DNA of 64,000 nucleotides from a bacterium (GCA_965209155.1 OZ242383.1:3136001-3200000), one strand, 5' to 3'. Counted from the stretch's first letter, positions 1 to 9,562 are shown. Numbers and translations: made by a program. The notes: generated by a model not told the origin, from the sequence alone.

Positions 1-429
1 TAGGTTATAAATTGCTGCGGGCGTACCCTGTTCAATAAATCGTTTACCAAAAACCTGACAGCCATTGATCACACCGTAAAAATTCACCGAGTAAATTCTC
101 TCGATTTCCTCAAGAGGAGTATCAATTAGTGGTGTACTAACACTCGAACCCACCCCCGAATTGTTGATGATTACGTCCACCTGACCAAATTCGTTCCATG
201 CATATTCTGCTAAGGCCTCAACATCTTCTCGCTTTGAAACATCACAGGTATGGTAGCAAGCATCTATGCATTCCCCGGCAAGCAGATCGACTGCATCCTT
301 GAGTCTGCTCTCCCGACGAGCAGCAATGAGAACCCGGGCACCTTGTTTGCCGAATAGTTTTGCCAAAGCGAAACCGATACCAGTGGCACCCCCAGTGATG
401 ACAACATTTTTACCTTTAAAATCTTTCAT
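1..429 (-). CDS. Short-chain dehydrogenase/reductase (SDR), runs off the left window edge
   Basis: Translated by hand from ATG at 429 (not in the ORF track): MKDFKGKNVVITGGATGIGFALAKLFGKQGARVLIAARR..., with the TGxxxGIG motif and a later IINNSG motif. Confidence 0.9.
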   Translation of the reverse strand, partial: MKDFKGKNVVITGGATGIGFALAKLFGKQGARVLIAARRESRLKDAVDLLAGECIDACYHTCDVSKREDVEALAEYAWNEFGQVDVIINNSGVGSSVSTPLIDTPLEEIERIYSVNFYGVINGCQVFGKRFIEQGTPAAIYNL

Positions 430-585
430 AGTTATCTCTTGTTTATACCAGGTAAGAAATACCTGTTAATTCTTCAGAAACCTTCTACAATTTTTGCGCC
501 GTAGTTTCGTCATGAGATTTTTTTCCATACTGATATTAGCTATCCGGCCCTCCTGTTCACATGGTCCCATATTGCCCTCTCCGTC

Positions 586-645
586 CCGTAGTCTGGGATC
601 GCGCAGGGCATCTCCGAAGATGTTGAAACAGAAAAACACCACTGT
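586..645 (-). pseudogene. Relic of the C-terminus of a DppC/OppC-type peptide ABC permease
   Basis: ORF 466..660 contains TVVFFCFNIFGDALRDPRLR, matching the typical DppC end (NLLGDALRDALDPR); the rest of the gene is absent. Confidence 0.55.
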
Positions 646-649
646 CCGA

Positions 650-1678
650 TCAGTTCGCACTCATGGTGGATTGGCCTGAGTGTCGGTTCCCAAGGGCAGC
701 GAACATCTCCCTGGGTCCCTCGAAAGCACCTCGGCCATGGGCGACCAGCATGTTATCCAGAATAATGACCTCGCCTTGCTTAAGTGCGAAATGAGTTTCC
801 ATTTCCAGTAGCAGATCGTAATAGCTCTCCACGTCAGTGTCGGGTATCGAGTTTCCGTTTTCTAGAAACATCTGGTCGATGATGTCAGGGGCTTCGGCGC
901 GAACCTTATCCAGCTTCTCGACATCCGCCAGGCGCCCGTTGCGAATGGCACAGCGATGGGAGATCACCGGATGGATAAGCATTGCTTGGTTACACCAGAG
1001 TTCTCCGTGTATAAGATGGGGCCGGAAGAACCGCGCGGGCTCATGCAAGATCACGAGGGAATCATCATCCTTCCAGGTCAGTTCCCATCCGTGCTCCTGA
1101 GCAATAAGGGTAGCTTCCTGGTGGTTGCCGGTACCGAGTGCCTCCTGCCAGGATTTTTCTCCTTGAGAAAAATCCTCCCGCTCTGCACTCGGCAACGTGC
1201 GCTGCAAACGAGCCCGCTTGCCCCGGTATCGCGCCTTTAGTTCATTGGGAAGATTGGCGGTGAACTGACGCATATCGACGAATAAATTGGTCTTCTGCCC
1301 GTTGTTCGGAGGTAACTGGCAATAAAAGGATACGTAGTCCGGTATTGTGTCCAGGTAGGACATCTCCTGATGACTGTGAATTGTTATCGGCGGAGGCAGA
1401 TCGACTGCGGTGTAAACGCCACTTCCCTTCTCAGTCCTTGGATTCGTACCACCAACGTAAGAATGATGACTAAATTCGATAGAGGCAAGGAATTTTCCAT
1501 ACTGCTTTGTGTCCTTGATGCCGGTATTCCTGATCAGCAGTCCACCCTTGGTGTCAACTAAGTGGTAGATCTGTGCTTTGAGCTCGCGCCGTGCTGGCGT
1601 ATCTGTGGATCCAGTCAGGTCTAGCTGGATGCACGGTAGGGTCAATCCTTTGCCAAGGTCTATTGTTTCATATTTCAT
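650..1678 (-). CDS. TauD/TfdA (SyrP-like) 2-oxoglutarate/Fe(II) dioxygenase
   Basis: HQEMSY iron-ligand motif, FYCQLPP, and C-terminal DNMLVAHGR. Confidence 0.85.
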   Translation of the reverse strand: MKYETIDLGKGLTLPCIQLDLTGSTDTPARRELKAQIYHLVDTKGGLLIRNTGIKDTKQYGKFLASIEFSHHSYVGGTNPRTEKGSGVYTAVDLPPPITIHSHQEMSYLDTIPDYVSFYCQLPPNNGQKTNLFVDMRQFTANLPNELKARYRGKRARLQRTLPSAEREDFSQGEKSWQEALGTGNHQEATLIAQEHGWELTWKDDDSLVILHEPARFFRPHLIHGELWCNQAMLIHPVISHRCAIRNGRLADVEKLDKVRAEAPDIIDQMFLENGNSIPDTDVESYYDLLLEMETHFALKQGEVIILDNMLVAHGRGAFEGPREMFAALGNRHSGQSTMSAN

Positions 1679-1703
1679 CTTGAATTAATCCTCGTGGTTG
1701 GTT

Positions 1704-2156
1704 TTATTTTTTATAGTTCGCTTTGAACGCTTCGTTTTCTTCCCATACCTGATCCGCAATTGGGGAATTATGTCTGATATACATAATCTTTTTCACAGGT
1801 TTTATTACATTCCACACCGTTTTAGAACCCTTTTCAAAATGAAATTGATCACCCGGATTTATTCGTATGGTTTGTCCTGAATGATCGCTGTTCCTGTCAA
1901 CTTCTGTGACTTCCAATTCGCCCTCGAGTAGAAAACACATTTCATCCCATGGCCACTCGACCAGCCAACTTCCCTCAGTACACGTCCAAACACCAGTCTG
2001 ACATGATCCATCTTCAGATCTCCATAATATTTTTATTGATGATTTCGGAGATCCTTCCAGTATATTGGCAACAGGATCGAGAGGATCAAGCACAGCGGTA
2101 TTCGAATTGATTAATTTTACGCCCGAAAGGACGTCTTCAGGTAGTTCTTTACTCAT
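1704..2156 (-). CDS. Cupin (DUF861/EutQ-like)
   Basis: GVWTCTEG..W.WDEMCFLLEGELEV..PGD..F..G..T.W signature; GGAG RBS upstream. Confidence 0.85.
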   Translation of the reverse strand: MSKELPEDVLSGVKLINSNTAVLDPLDPVANILEGSPKSSIKILWRSEDGSCQTGVWTCTEGSWLVEWPWDEMCFLLEGELEVTEVDRNSDHSGQTIRINPGDQFHFEKGSKTVWNVIKPVKKIMYIRHNSPIADQVWEENEAFKANYKK

Positions 2157-2280
2157 TTATTTTCTCCTTTGTTCGTGTGTAGCACATTTAATGCGCAGTT
2201 ATGCAGACACAGATCACAACGACCTGCATCGGCCAGATTGGAGTTGTCAAATAAACCCCGATACTATCTTTTCTATACTG

Positions 2281-2308
2281 GAACCCGGGGATCTCCTCCC
2301 GGGTCTTC
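2281..2308 (-). terminator. GC-rich hairpin just after the ADH stop codon
   Basis: ACCCGGG (2283-2289) / CCCGGGT (2298-2304) inverted repeat; the U-tract is weak. Confidence 0.4.
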
Positions 2309-2323
2309 AAAGCCATGCAGATC

Positions 2324-3358
2324 CTAGCTGCCGAGGTCGGTGATGACGGCGCGGCCCAGATACTTGCCTTCTTCGAGCTCGTCCAAGATGGCGTTGAGAT
2401 CCGAGAGCGGACCGCTGCGGCCGATGTGGCTCTTGACCTCTCCGGCCGCCACCATGTCGACGAGTTCGCGCATCTCCTGCACGTTGCCGACGACCGAGGC
2501 GGTCAGGGTCGCGCCTTTCTGGTTCCACAAGAAGGGGTCCAGTCCGAAGTGGCCTTCGCTCGTGGGGGGAAGGCCACACGCCACGAACAGGCCGCTTTTG
2601 CGCAGCATCTGTAAGCCGAGATTGAACCCGGCTATGGAGGCCGAGAACACGATCGCGGCGTCCACCCCACCGAACTGCTGCACGGCTTCGACGGCGTCGT
2701 CCGCACTGACCGCCAGCTTGGCGCCGAGCGACTCGACGAACTTCAGCCGCTCCTCGCCGATGTCGATGCCCACCACCTTGTAGCCGAAGGTCGTCGCGAT
2801 CTGGACGGCGTAGTGGCCGAGGCCCCCGGCGGCACCCACGATCGCCACGTGGCGTCCCGGCTGGATGTGGTGCTTGAAGAGTTTCTTGACGGCGCCATAC
2901 GCCGTGAGGCCGCCACAGGAGAGCCCTGCTTCTTCATCGCCCACCGTGTCCGGCAGTTTTACGAGCGCCTTAGCCCACAGGCACTTCTGCTCGACGAAGG
3001 TGCCATTGATGCCCTCTGCCTGGGAGCAGTGGCGCGGTTCACCGCCCAGGCAGAACTCGCAGGCGCCGCACCAGTAACCGCCTAAGCCACCGAGCCCCAG
3101 GATGACCCGGTCGCCCACGGAGACGAAGCGCTCGGCCCCTGGCCCGAGTTCTTCGACGATGCCAATGGCCTCGTGCCCCAACACACCTGACAGCCATTGA
3201 GATGGCATCCCCGCCCAGTCGCCTCGCACGCCGTGCAGGTCGGAATGGCAGACGCCTGCCGCGGTGATGCGGATGCGCGCCTCTTCGTCCCCCGGGGGGG
3301 TCGGGGCGGGAAGATCCTGAATCTCAATTTTTCCGTCTTTAAGTATCGCTGCTTTCAT
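2324..3358 (-). CDS. Zn-dependent alcohol dehydrogenase (AdhP-like)
   Basis: GVCHSD, LGHE, CGACEFC..C structural Zn site, GAAGGLG nucleotide-binding motif; AAGGAG RBS. Confidence 0.93.
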   Translation of the reverse strand: MKAAILKDGKIEIQDLPAPTPPGDEEARIRITAAGVCHSDLHGVRGDWAGMPSQWLSGVLGHEAIGIVEELGPGAERFVSVGDRVILGLGGLGGYWCGACEFCLGGEPRHCSQAEGINGTFVEQKCLWAKALVKLPDTVGDEEAGLSCGGLTAYGAVKKLFKHHIQPGRHVAIVGAAGGLGHYAVQIATTFGYKVVGIDIGEERLKFVESLGAKLAVSADDAVEAVQQFGGVDAAIVFSASIAGFNLGLQMLRKSGLFVACGLPPTSEGHFGLDPFLWNQKGATLTASVVGNVQEMRELVDMVAAGEVKSHIGRSGPLSDLNAILDELEEGKYLGRAVITDLGS

Positions 3359-3655
3359 GGGATCTCCTTATTAGTGTGGTAAGAACGATTCACCCGTCCT
3401 GGGGCGAATCGGAGTTTCGCATCAGACACGACGCCTGCCACGGTCAACCTCACAAAAAGGCTGCAAAGCTTTTTAAAAAACATCACTCACTCCTTATTAA
3501 TTTTTATAACCTGTTTGAAAAAGGGACTCAGATGAAGCCTAGGCGGCCCCCTTGATTAAAAGGATTTTAATTAATATAACATAGCCACTAACAATACCTC
3601 CAACTAGTCCTGCTGCCAGTCAGGGTCGGTACGATGTCCCCTCTTTGCATTCTCG

Positions 3656-4948
3656 CTAGTGAATGATTCTTTTAGGAGGTGTCTGTTCAAGCGGGTCTTT
3701 GCTTTTCCAAGGCTTCTCGGGGGGATAACGTCTTTCAGGCTGGTTCATGGCGGCCCGGCGACCGGTCGTGGTGGAACGCCAGGTATAGGCTCTGGTGAGT
3801 TCTTCCTTGCTGGAGCGGGGGCTGAGTTCTCCCACCCGCACATAGTTGCCCTCATCAATGGCCTGCCGCATGCCACGAAGGAGGCCGGCTTCCATCCCGT
3901 GACCTTCAATCCCTCCGATCGATTCAGTCATAAAAGTCAGACGTTTCAGTAATTTTTCAGAAGCATTCGCCAGGACCTCAGGGCATAAGCTGATCGGATG
4001 AAGTTCCTGGGTTCGCTGCCATGGTTTTATACAGGACATGACCACCATGTGGCGTGGGTGATCGGTTTGGTTGATCCCTGTTCCATGCAGGGTGTACCCA
4101 TCCATCAACATAAGGGTCCCTGCCTTGACTTCCAAATTGATGGGCGGAGGCAGTTTGCCCACTGGTTTTTGATAGCCGCTTTCATAGATGATCTTCGCGC
4201 TTCGAGGGATAACCAGGGTCGAACCATTCAAGTAGCTGACATCTTCCAAATACAATAAATGGTTGGTCAGCAGGGGGGCTTCATTGAGTTTGAAACGGCT
4301 GTCTTGATGCAGAGATTGGGGCCGCCCCCCTTTGCGGGCGATGATGCACAAACACGAGTGGATGATAAAGTCCTCCCCGACCGTCTCATGGACCAGTTGT
4401 TCAATCAAAGGGCCGGCTTGTATAAATTCAGGGTCGTGTTCAATGAAACCTCGAAAGCAGTCACCTTTGTTCACCAGGCAATCCACAAACTGGGTAATAT
4501 CTTTATCCCATACTTGGTCCCGGCTGGCATTCAGGAAGTGAGCAATCCCGGCAAGGCGTTCTCCTTCGGCCTGTTCCACCACGCGGGTGCGCATTGTATG
4601 CAGCTGTTCTTGACTCAAGGCATCCTGGACCAGACAATAGCCGAATTCGCGGAAGTCATTTCGCAGTTGTGTGATCTTCTTGGTCGGAGAAGGGAGGGGG
4701 CCATTTTTTTCCCAATACGCTTTAGCGCTTCCCTGGGTGTTGTAGTAAAGCGAGTCGTCATTCAAGTCCACCCCATTTTCTCCACCTGAGGGACTTGGAG
4801 TGAAAACCAAACCTTGCTTTTCTAAGCTTTTTTGGAACTCGTTTGCCTTGAGAAGATGGGTGAAGAGCTGCTCGCTTTCCGGGCTATTGGCCTGTACGTT
4901 TTCTGGCAAAAACTCAGGAGGGATGGATTGGTTTTTATTTGGTTTCAT
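3656..4948 (-). CDS. Phytanoyl-CoA dioxygenase (PhyH) family protein
   Basis: FREFGYC, LHQD and LHGTG.N motifs. Start moved to ATG 4948 (MKPNKNQ), which has an AAGGA RBS; the ORF-track start at 5044 overlaps the upstream permease. Confidence 0.82.
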   Translation of the reverse strand: MKPNKNQSIPPEFLPENVQANSPESEQLFTHLLKANEFQKSLEKQGLVFTPSPSGGENGVDLNDDSLYYNTQGSAKAYWEKNGPLPSPTKKITQLRNDFREFGYCLVQDALSQEQLHTMRTRVVEQAEGERLAGIAHFLNASRDQVWDKDITQFVDCLVNKGDCFRGFIEHDPEFIQAGPLIEQLVHETVGEDFIIHSCLCIIARKGGRPQSLHQDSRFKLNEAPLLTNHLLYLEDVSYLNGSTLVIPRSAKIIYESGYQKPVGKLPPPINLEVKAGTLMLMDGYTLHGTGINQTDHPRHMVVMSCIKPWQRTQELHPISLCPEVLANASEKLLKRLTFMTESIGGIEGHGMEAGLLRGMRQAIDEGNYVRVGELSPRSSKEELTRAYTWRSTTTGRRAAMNQPERRYPPEKPWKSKDPLEQTPPKRIIH

Positions 4949-5027
4949 AATCGATTTCCTTTCTTTATTTATTGCGTTTCTAATGAGTCGGTCTCTTTTT
5001 TCGGAGAAGCCATGGGAGGCAAGCGGA

Positions 5028-5885
5028 TTATTCTTTGGTAGCACCCAAGGTCAACCCTGCAATGAAATGTTTCTGCATGAGAAAGAACATGATCACTGGA
5101 GGCAATGCAGCGACAATCGAGCCTGCAGAAATGAGATTCCAAGAAGTGGTCCATTGCCCTCGAAGGGCATTCAACCCTGCCGTGACCGGGCGCACTGAAT
5201 CACTTTGCACCAAGACTAAGGCCCAAAAATAATCATTCCAAATAAAAGTGAATTCTAATACCGCCAAAGCAGCCATGGCAGGGCGAACCAGGGGAACGAT
5301 GATTTGTAAAAATATCCGAAATTCACTGGCTCCATCAATCCGAGCCGACTCCATCAAACTGTCAGGAAGGGTTTTGATAAAATTTCTCAAAAACAACGTA
5401 CAAAATCCTGTTTGAAAGGCAATGTGAAAAATCACCAACCCTGTCAAGGTATTGAAAAGCCCGGTTTGAATGGTCAATTCTCGCACAGGAATCATTAAGA
5501 TTTGGAAAGGAACAAAATTGCCTCCAATAAAAATGGAGAACATCGCAATGTTTCCCCGGAATCGGTATTTCGCCAAGGCGAATCCTGCGAGAGAGGAAGT
5601 GATCAAGACTCCAATGACGGTGGGAATGGTGATCAATACGGTGTTCCACAGATAGCTCCACATGGGGCTAGTCGTGAATACAGCACTGAAATTCTCCAAA
5701 AGCATGATCTCTGTCGGCCATCCCCAATAATTGCCTTTTAGAATGTCATCTAAATGACGAGCCGAGGTCAAAGTCACGGCAAAAATGGGAACCAGCCAAA
5801 GGATCAAGACCACCGGTACTGCAATTTTATAGGTCGATTGTGTGAGAGGGGATGTTTTTTCAATGGGTGTAGGAAACATAATCAA
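5028..5885 (-). CDS. Carbohydrate ABC transporter permease (MalG-like)
   Basis: ESARIDGAS EAA-loop, FIWNDYFW, about 6 TM segments. Confidence 0.95.
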   Translation of the reverse strand: MIMFPTPIEKTSPLTQSTYKIAVPVVLILWLVPIFAVTLTSARHLDDILKGNYWGWPTEIMLLENFSAVFTTSPMWSYLWNTVLITIPTVIGVLITSSLAGFALAKYRFRGNIAMFSIFIGGNFVPFQILMIPVRELTIQTGLFNTLTGLVIFHIAFQTGFCTLFLRNFIKTLPDSLMESARIDGASEFRIFLQIIVPLVRPAMAALAVLEFTFIWNDYFWALVLVQSDSVRPVTAGLNALRGQWTTSWNLISAGSIVAALPPVIMFFLMQKHFIAGLTLGATKE

Positions 5886-6748
5886 GCCCTTTCTTCACGA
5901 ACCATTCTAGAGAGAAACCAGGCAATATACACAGCCATGATCAAAAACAAGATAACCGCAATGGCTGCTCCATACCCCATTCTGAAATTGAAAATCGCTT
6001 GTTCGTACATAAAAAAGGCCAAGACGCTGGAACTGTTATAGGGCCCTCCTAACGTCATAATGGCGACTGTATCAAAACTTCGTAAAGCACCAATGACCGT
6101 CACAACAATCGCAATAAAGGTGGCTGGGCGGAGTTGAGGAATGATGATATACCAAAGCATCGTCCATCCTTTGGCCCCATCAATTTGGGCTGCTTCAATC
6201 AAATCTGGATTGATCACATTGAGCCCTGTCAAGTAAAGGATCATGCAGTAGGCGATTTGGGGCCACATCCCTGCTGTAATGACAGCATAAGTGGCTTGGT
6301 CCTCGTTAGAGAGAGGGGCGATAGGATCGATCCCAAAGAGAGACAAAAATTCATTGAGAAGACCTCCATCAGGGGCGTAAAACCAGGAAAACATCAAACC
6401 CACCACCACTTGGGAAATGACAAAAGGAAAAAAGAATAGTGATTTGACCGCTCGAATTCCTCTGATTTTCTGGTTTAAAAAAAGGGCAATCGCCAGCCCA
6501 ATGGCAGGAGAAGTGAGGAAGAGTAAAAGCCAAATGATGTTATTTTTGACAGAGACCCAAAACACTTCATCATCAAACAATTCGATATAGTTCCCCCACC
6601 CAACGAATATTGGTTCCGCCATGCCATCCCACTCGTAGAAACTGACCCAAAAACTACGAACGATAGGATAGAGGACATAGATGGAAAAAAGGATGAGTCC
6701 CGGAAGCAAAAAGAGCCATGGGGTAAGCGGTTTTTCATTAGACATCAT
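5882..6748 (-). CDS. Carbohydrate ABC transporter permease (MalF/UgpA-like)
   Basis: EAAQIDGA loop, FVGWGNY, TLGGP motifs. Confidence 0.95.
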   Translation of the reverse strand: MMSNEKPLTPWLFLLPGLILFSIYVLYPIVRSFWVSFYEWDGMAEPIFVGWGNYIELFDDEVFWVSVKNNIIWLLLFLTSPAIGLAIALFLNQKIRGIRAVKSLFFFPFVISQVVVGLMFSWFYAPDGGLLNEFLSLFGIDPIAPLSNEDQATYAVITAGMWPQIAYCMILYLTGLNVINPDLIEAAQIDGAKGWTMLWYIIIPQLRPATFIAIVVTVIGALRSFDTVAIMTLGGPYNSSSVLAFFMYEQAIFNFRMGYGAAIAVILFLIMAVYIAWFLSRMVREERA

Positions 6749-6779
6749 TTACCCCTAAGAATGCTATATCTTGAAGGGT

Positions 6780-6820
6780 GGCAGATGGATCTTCCGTATT
6801 TTCAAAAAAATCCATCTACC
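6780..6820 (-). other. Intercistronic stem-loop between the binding-protein and permease genes
   Basis: GGCAGATGGAT / ATCCATCTACC inverted repeat, in the position typical of mRNA-stabilising hairpins in sugar ABC operons. Confidence 0.55.
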
Positions 6821-6830
6821 TATGAAGAGA

Positions 6831-8081
6831 TCACTTCTTGAAGACACGTTTCCTTGTTTTATCAATTCTTGTCAGAATCTTATCCAGGCGATCAGGGTTC
6901 ACCATAAAATCCTGAAAGCCTTTTATCCCATCTGTTGCCATCTCAGGTTTGTTATCTCGATCATAGAATTGGGCAGTACCAGCTGCGGAGGCAAGAACCT
7001 TTGCTCCGATTTCCAAGAAGCGGTCGGGTTTGGGCTTCGCTTTTGTATTGGGAGGGAGGTAGCCTATTGCATTGTTCAACTTAGATTGCACATCTGCTCT
7101 TGCGACAAAGGCCATGAACTTTTTGGCATCTGCTTTATTTTTGGCGCCTTTTGGAATGGCCACGATATCGGTAGGTGCATCTTCGAATTTAGGAAGACTG
7201 CCATTGATGGTGGGGAATTGGAAATAGTCGATCTTGGCCAAATCCTCTGCAGGGATACCCCACGTCACAAAATTTCCAATCAAATACATTGCTGCTTTGC
7301 CTTGAAGAAGAGCAGGTATGGCTTCTTGATAGGAATACGAAGTGTGGTTTTCAATGAAGTATCCTGGATCCAGCAATTCTCTCCATTTGGCAAACACATC
7401 TTTCACTCGTTGATCCGTATAGGAGGCGTTGCCTGCTAACAATTCTCGATGGAAATCCATTCCATTGATCCGAAAGTTCAAGTAATCAAACCAACCTGCC
7501 GCTGTCCAATAATATTTAGTTCCAATCGTAATGGGAGTGATGCCATTGGATTTCAACGTCGCACAGGCTTTCAAAAATTCATCCCAGGTTGTAGGAACCG
7601 CAATGCCATACTTTTCAAAGAGGTCTTTGCGATAATATACTCCCCATTGATTGTATCCCCAGGGCACCGCATACTGTTTGTCATCAAAGGTACTCGAAGC
7701 ACGGGTAGAGGAAAAATCCCCATGCATGTTGTTGGCATCCCACACATCGCTGATATCTTCGATCAATCCTCGGCTGATGAAGGTATTCAATGTCTCTCCT
7801 GCAAACCAAGTGATCACATCGGGTGGCTCACTCGTTAACCAGTTTCTGAGGGAGGTTTTATAACTTTCATGATCGTAAAAGTTGTGTTCAACTTCCACTT
7901 CGGGATGGGCTTTTTTGAAATCCTCCACCAATTCCGTCCATGCTTTTTTAGGAGCAGGGTCGGGATTGCTGTTATTGATCACCAGTTTGCCCGCAAAAGC
8001 CACCGAGCCCATCGAAAGGACAATCGCTCCCAACACACTAACCAGCATCCATTTTTTTATTTTTTTCCTGATCTTTTTCAT
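6831..8081 (-). CDS. Carbohydrate ABC transporter substrate-binding protein (family 1)
   Basis: Signal peptide ending VAFA, then YAVPW, YYRKDLFEKYG, PTTWDEF, GKAAMY motifs. Confidence 0.95.
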   Translation of the reverse strand: MKKIRKKIKKWMLVSVLGAIVLSMGSVAFAGKLVINNSNPDPAPKKAWTELVEDFKKAHPEVEVEHNFYDHESYKTSLRNWLTSEPPDVITWFAGETLNTFISRGLIEDISDVWDANNMHGDFSSTRASSTFDDKQYAVPWGYNQWGVYYRKDLFEKYGIAVPTTWDEFLKACATLKSNGITPITIGTKYYWTAAGWFDYLNFRINGMDFHRELLAGNASYTDQRVKDVFAKWRELLDPGYFIENHTSYSYQEAIPALLQGKAAMYLIGNFVTWGIPAEDLAKIDYFQFPTINGSLPKFEDAPTDIVAIPKGAKNKADAKKFMAFVARADVQSKLNNAIGYLPPNTKAKPKPDRFLEIGAKVLASAAGTAQFYDRDNKPEMATDGIKGFQDFMVNPDRLDKILTRIDKTRKRVFKK

Positions 8082-8337
8082 AATTATCTCCAGTCAAATA
8101 TTATTGAATTAAAAAGGGCTTTCGAAAGGGATTTCGTACCCCTAATATTGCTCCTCTTATTTATGGTAGCATCCATCATTTTTCCTTGCTTATTATTTAG
8201 GTTGAAGGACGCACTCAGACGTCCATGAGTTTCCAAACTGGTTTTATTCCATAGGCATTTCCTCCTTTCATCGGGTTTTCAGTGTAATGTTTCGCTTAAC
8301 CACGTAAATCGTTGCCCCCCTGCCAGGAGTTTTTAGC

Positions 8338-8354
8338 TTCAAAATTCATGCCAA
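8338..8354 (-). promoter_or_regulatory. Candidate sigma-54 (-24/-12) promoter of the ABC/catabolic operon
   Basis: Minus strand reads TTGGCAT-GAATT-TTGAA versus consensus TGGCAC-N5-TTGCW (-12 GC is GA here). Confidence 0.55.
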
Positions 8355-8439
8355 CCGCTCGAAACGCAGGATTGGTGGGGGCTAAGGCGACCTATGGGAA
8401 AGAGGGCTGCCAGTTTTGAGGTGATTTTTTGGTAAAATG

Positions 8440-8556
8440 GGGCAGTATTGCCCTACTCATACACAAAAAATGATGGTTTTTCGGTAGTAATACATTGATA
8501 TTAAATACTAATCCTGGATTGGGGCAGATATGCCCTATTTTAGGGCATATCTGCCC
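8440..8556. promoter_or_regulatory. Three GGGCA-N4-TGCCC palindromes, candidate upstream activator sites
   Basis: Sites at 8440-8453, 8522-8535 and 8543-8556; the last two form a perfect 16-bp inverted repeat around TTT; they lie about 85-200 bp upstream of the sigma-54 motif. Confidence 0.65.
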
Positions 8557-8824
8557 TATTCGATTTTATCTGAATGAAATCATGTCCTTTGGGTGGGGTC
8601 AGAGACAATCGGTTTTTGTAGAAACGTGCACGGGTTCGTCATCGTGCTCGTGCACGTGCTCGATGTTGATGGCAGTAGTAAAGTATACCAAAAACGGCAA
8701 TTTGGAAGTTTACCACGTAGTTAAGTGGGCAGAGGAGTAGGTTGAGTATTGAGCGACAAGGTGCAGTGATGTGATGTGGCCTCATACCTTTAAAACAGCG
8801 GATGGAAGGGGCTATATGCCTTTT

Positions 8825-9562
8825 TCATTTTTTTCTTTTATTTCTACGATAGCTTTCTCCTTCTAAAATGATAACCTCCGAATTCATTACCAGTCGATCT
8901 GCAATGGCAGTGGCCACAGTGGTCGAATCAAAGAGATTCCCCCATTGGGCAAAAGGCAGGTTTGTGGTGAGAAAGGTTGATTTTCTCTGATGCCTGCGAC
9001 TAATGACCTGGAAAAAGAGGCTGCTTCCTTGTTGATCCAGTGGCAGATAACCGATCTCATCGCAGAGGAGGAGGTCCGGTTCGGTGTAATGGCTGAGTTT
9101 TTTGACCAGGGAATGGTCCGATTCGGCAGCAATCAAATGGTTAATCATGTCGGTTGCTGTGGTAAATAAAGTGCGCATGGCGTTCTGAGTGGCCTCGTAT
9201 GCCAGGCATAAAGCCAAGTGGGTCTTGCCCACCCCTGGATTGCCAATCAGGATAACATCCTCGCTATTCTTGATAAAGTCCAATTGCATCAATTGTAAAA
9301 TTCTGCCTTTGTTCTTTTTTCGAGAGGGGTGGTGGGCAAAATCAAAGCTCTCGATGGTGGGAGTGGCGGGCAGTTTGGCTTGCTTCAAGCGCAATTGAAT
9401 GCGCTTATGGAGACGATGGTCCAGTTCGAGATCAAACAAGCTCTCGAGCAATTGATGATGAGTCCAGTTTTTTTGCGAGGCAGTTTTAAAAATCGCTTCA
9501 AAATGCTGGCAAAGGCCACTGAGATGGAGGCTCTGACATTGTTTTTTTATTTTTTCACTCAT
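8825..9562 (-). CDS. istB: IS21 ATP-binding helper protein
   Basis: GNPGVGKT Walker A, LLLCDEIGY Walker B, TTNLPFAQW, AIADRL, GESYR. Confidence 0.97.
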   Translation of the reverse strand: MSEKIKKQCQSLHLSGLCQHFEAIFKTASQKNWTHHQLLESLFDLELDHRLHKRIQLRLKQAKLPATPTIESFDFAHHPSRKKNKGRILQLMQLDFIKNSEDVILIGNPGVGKTHLALCLAYEATQNAMRTLFTTATDMINHLIAAESDHSLVKKLSHYTEPDLLLCDEIGYLPLDQQGSSLFFQVISRRHQRKSTFLTTNLPFAQWGNLFDSTTVATAIADRLVMNSEVIILEGESYRRNKRKK

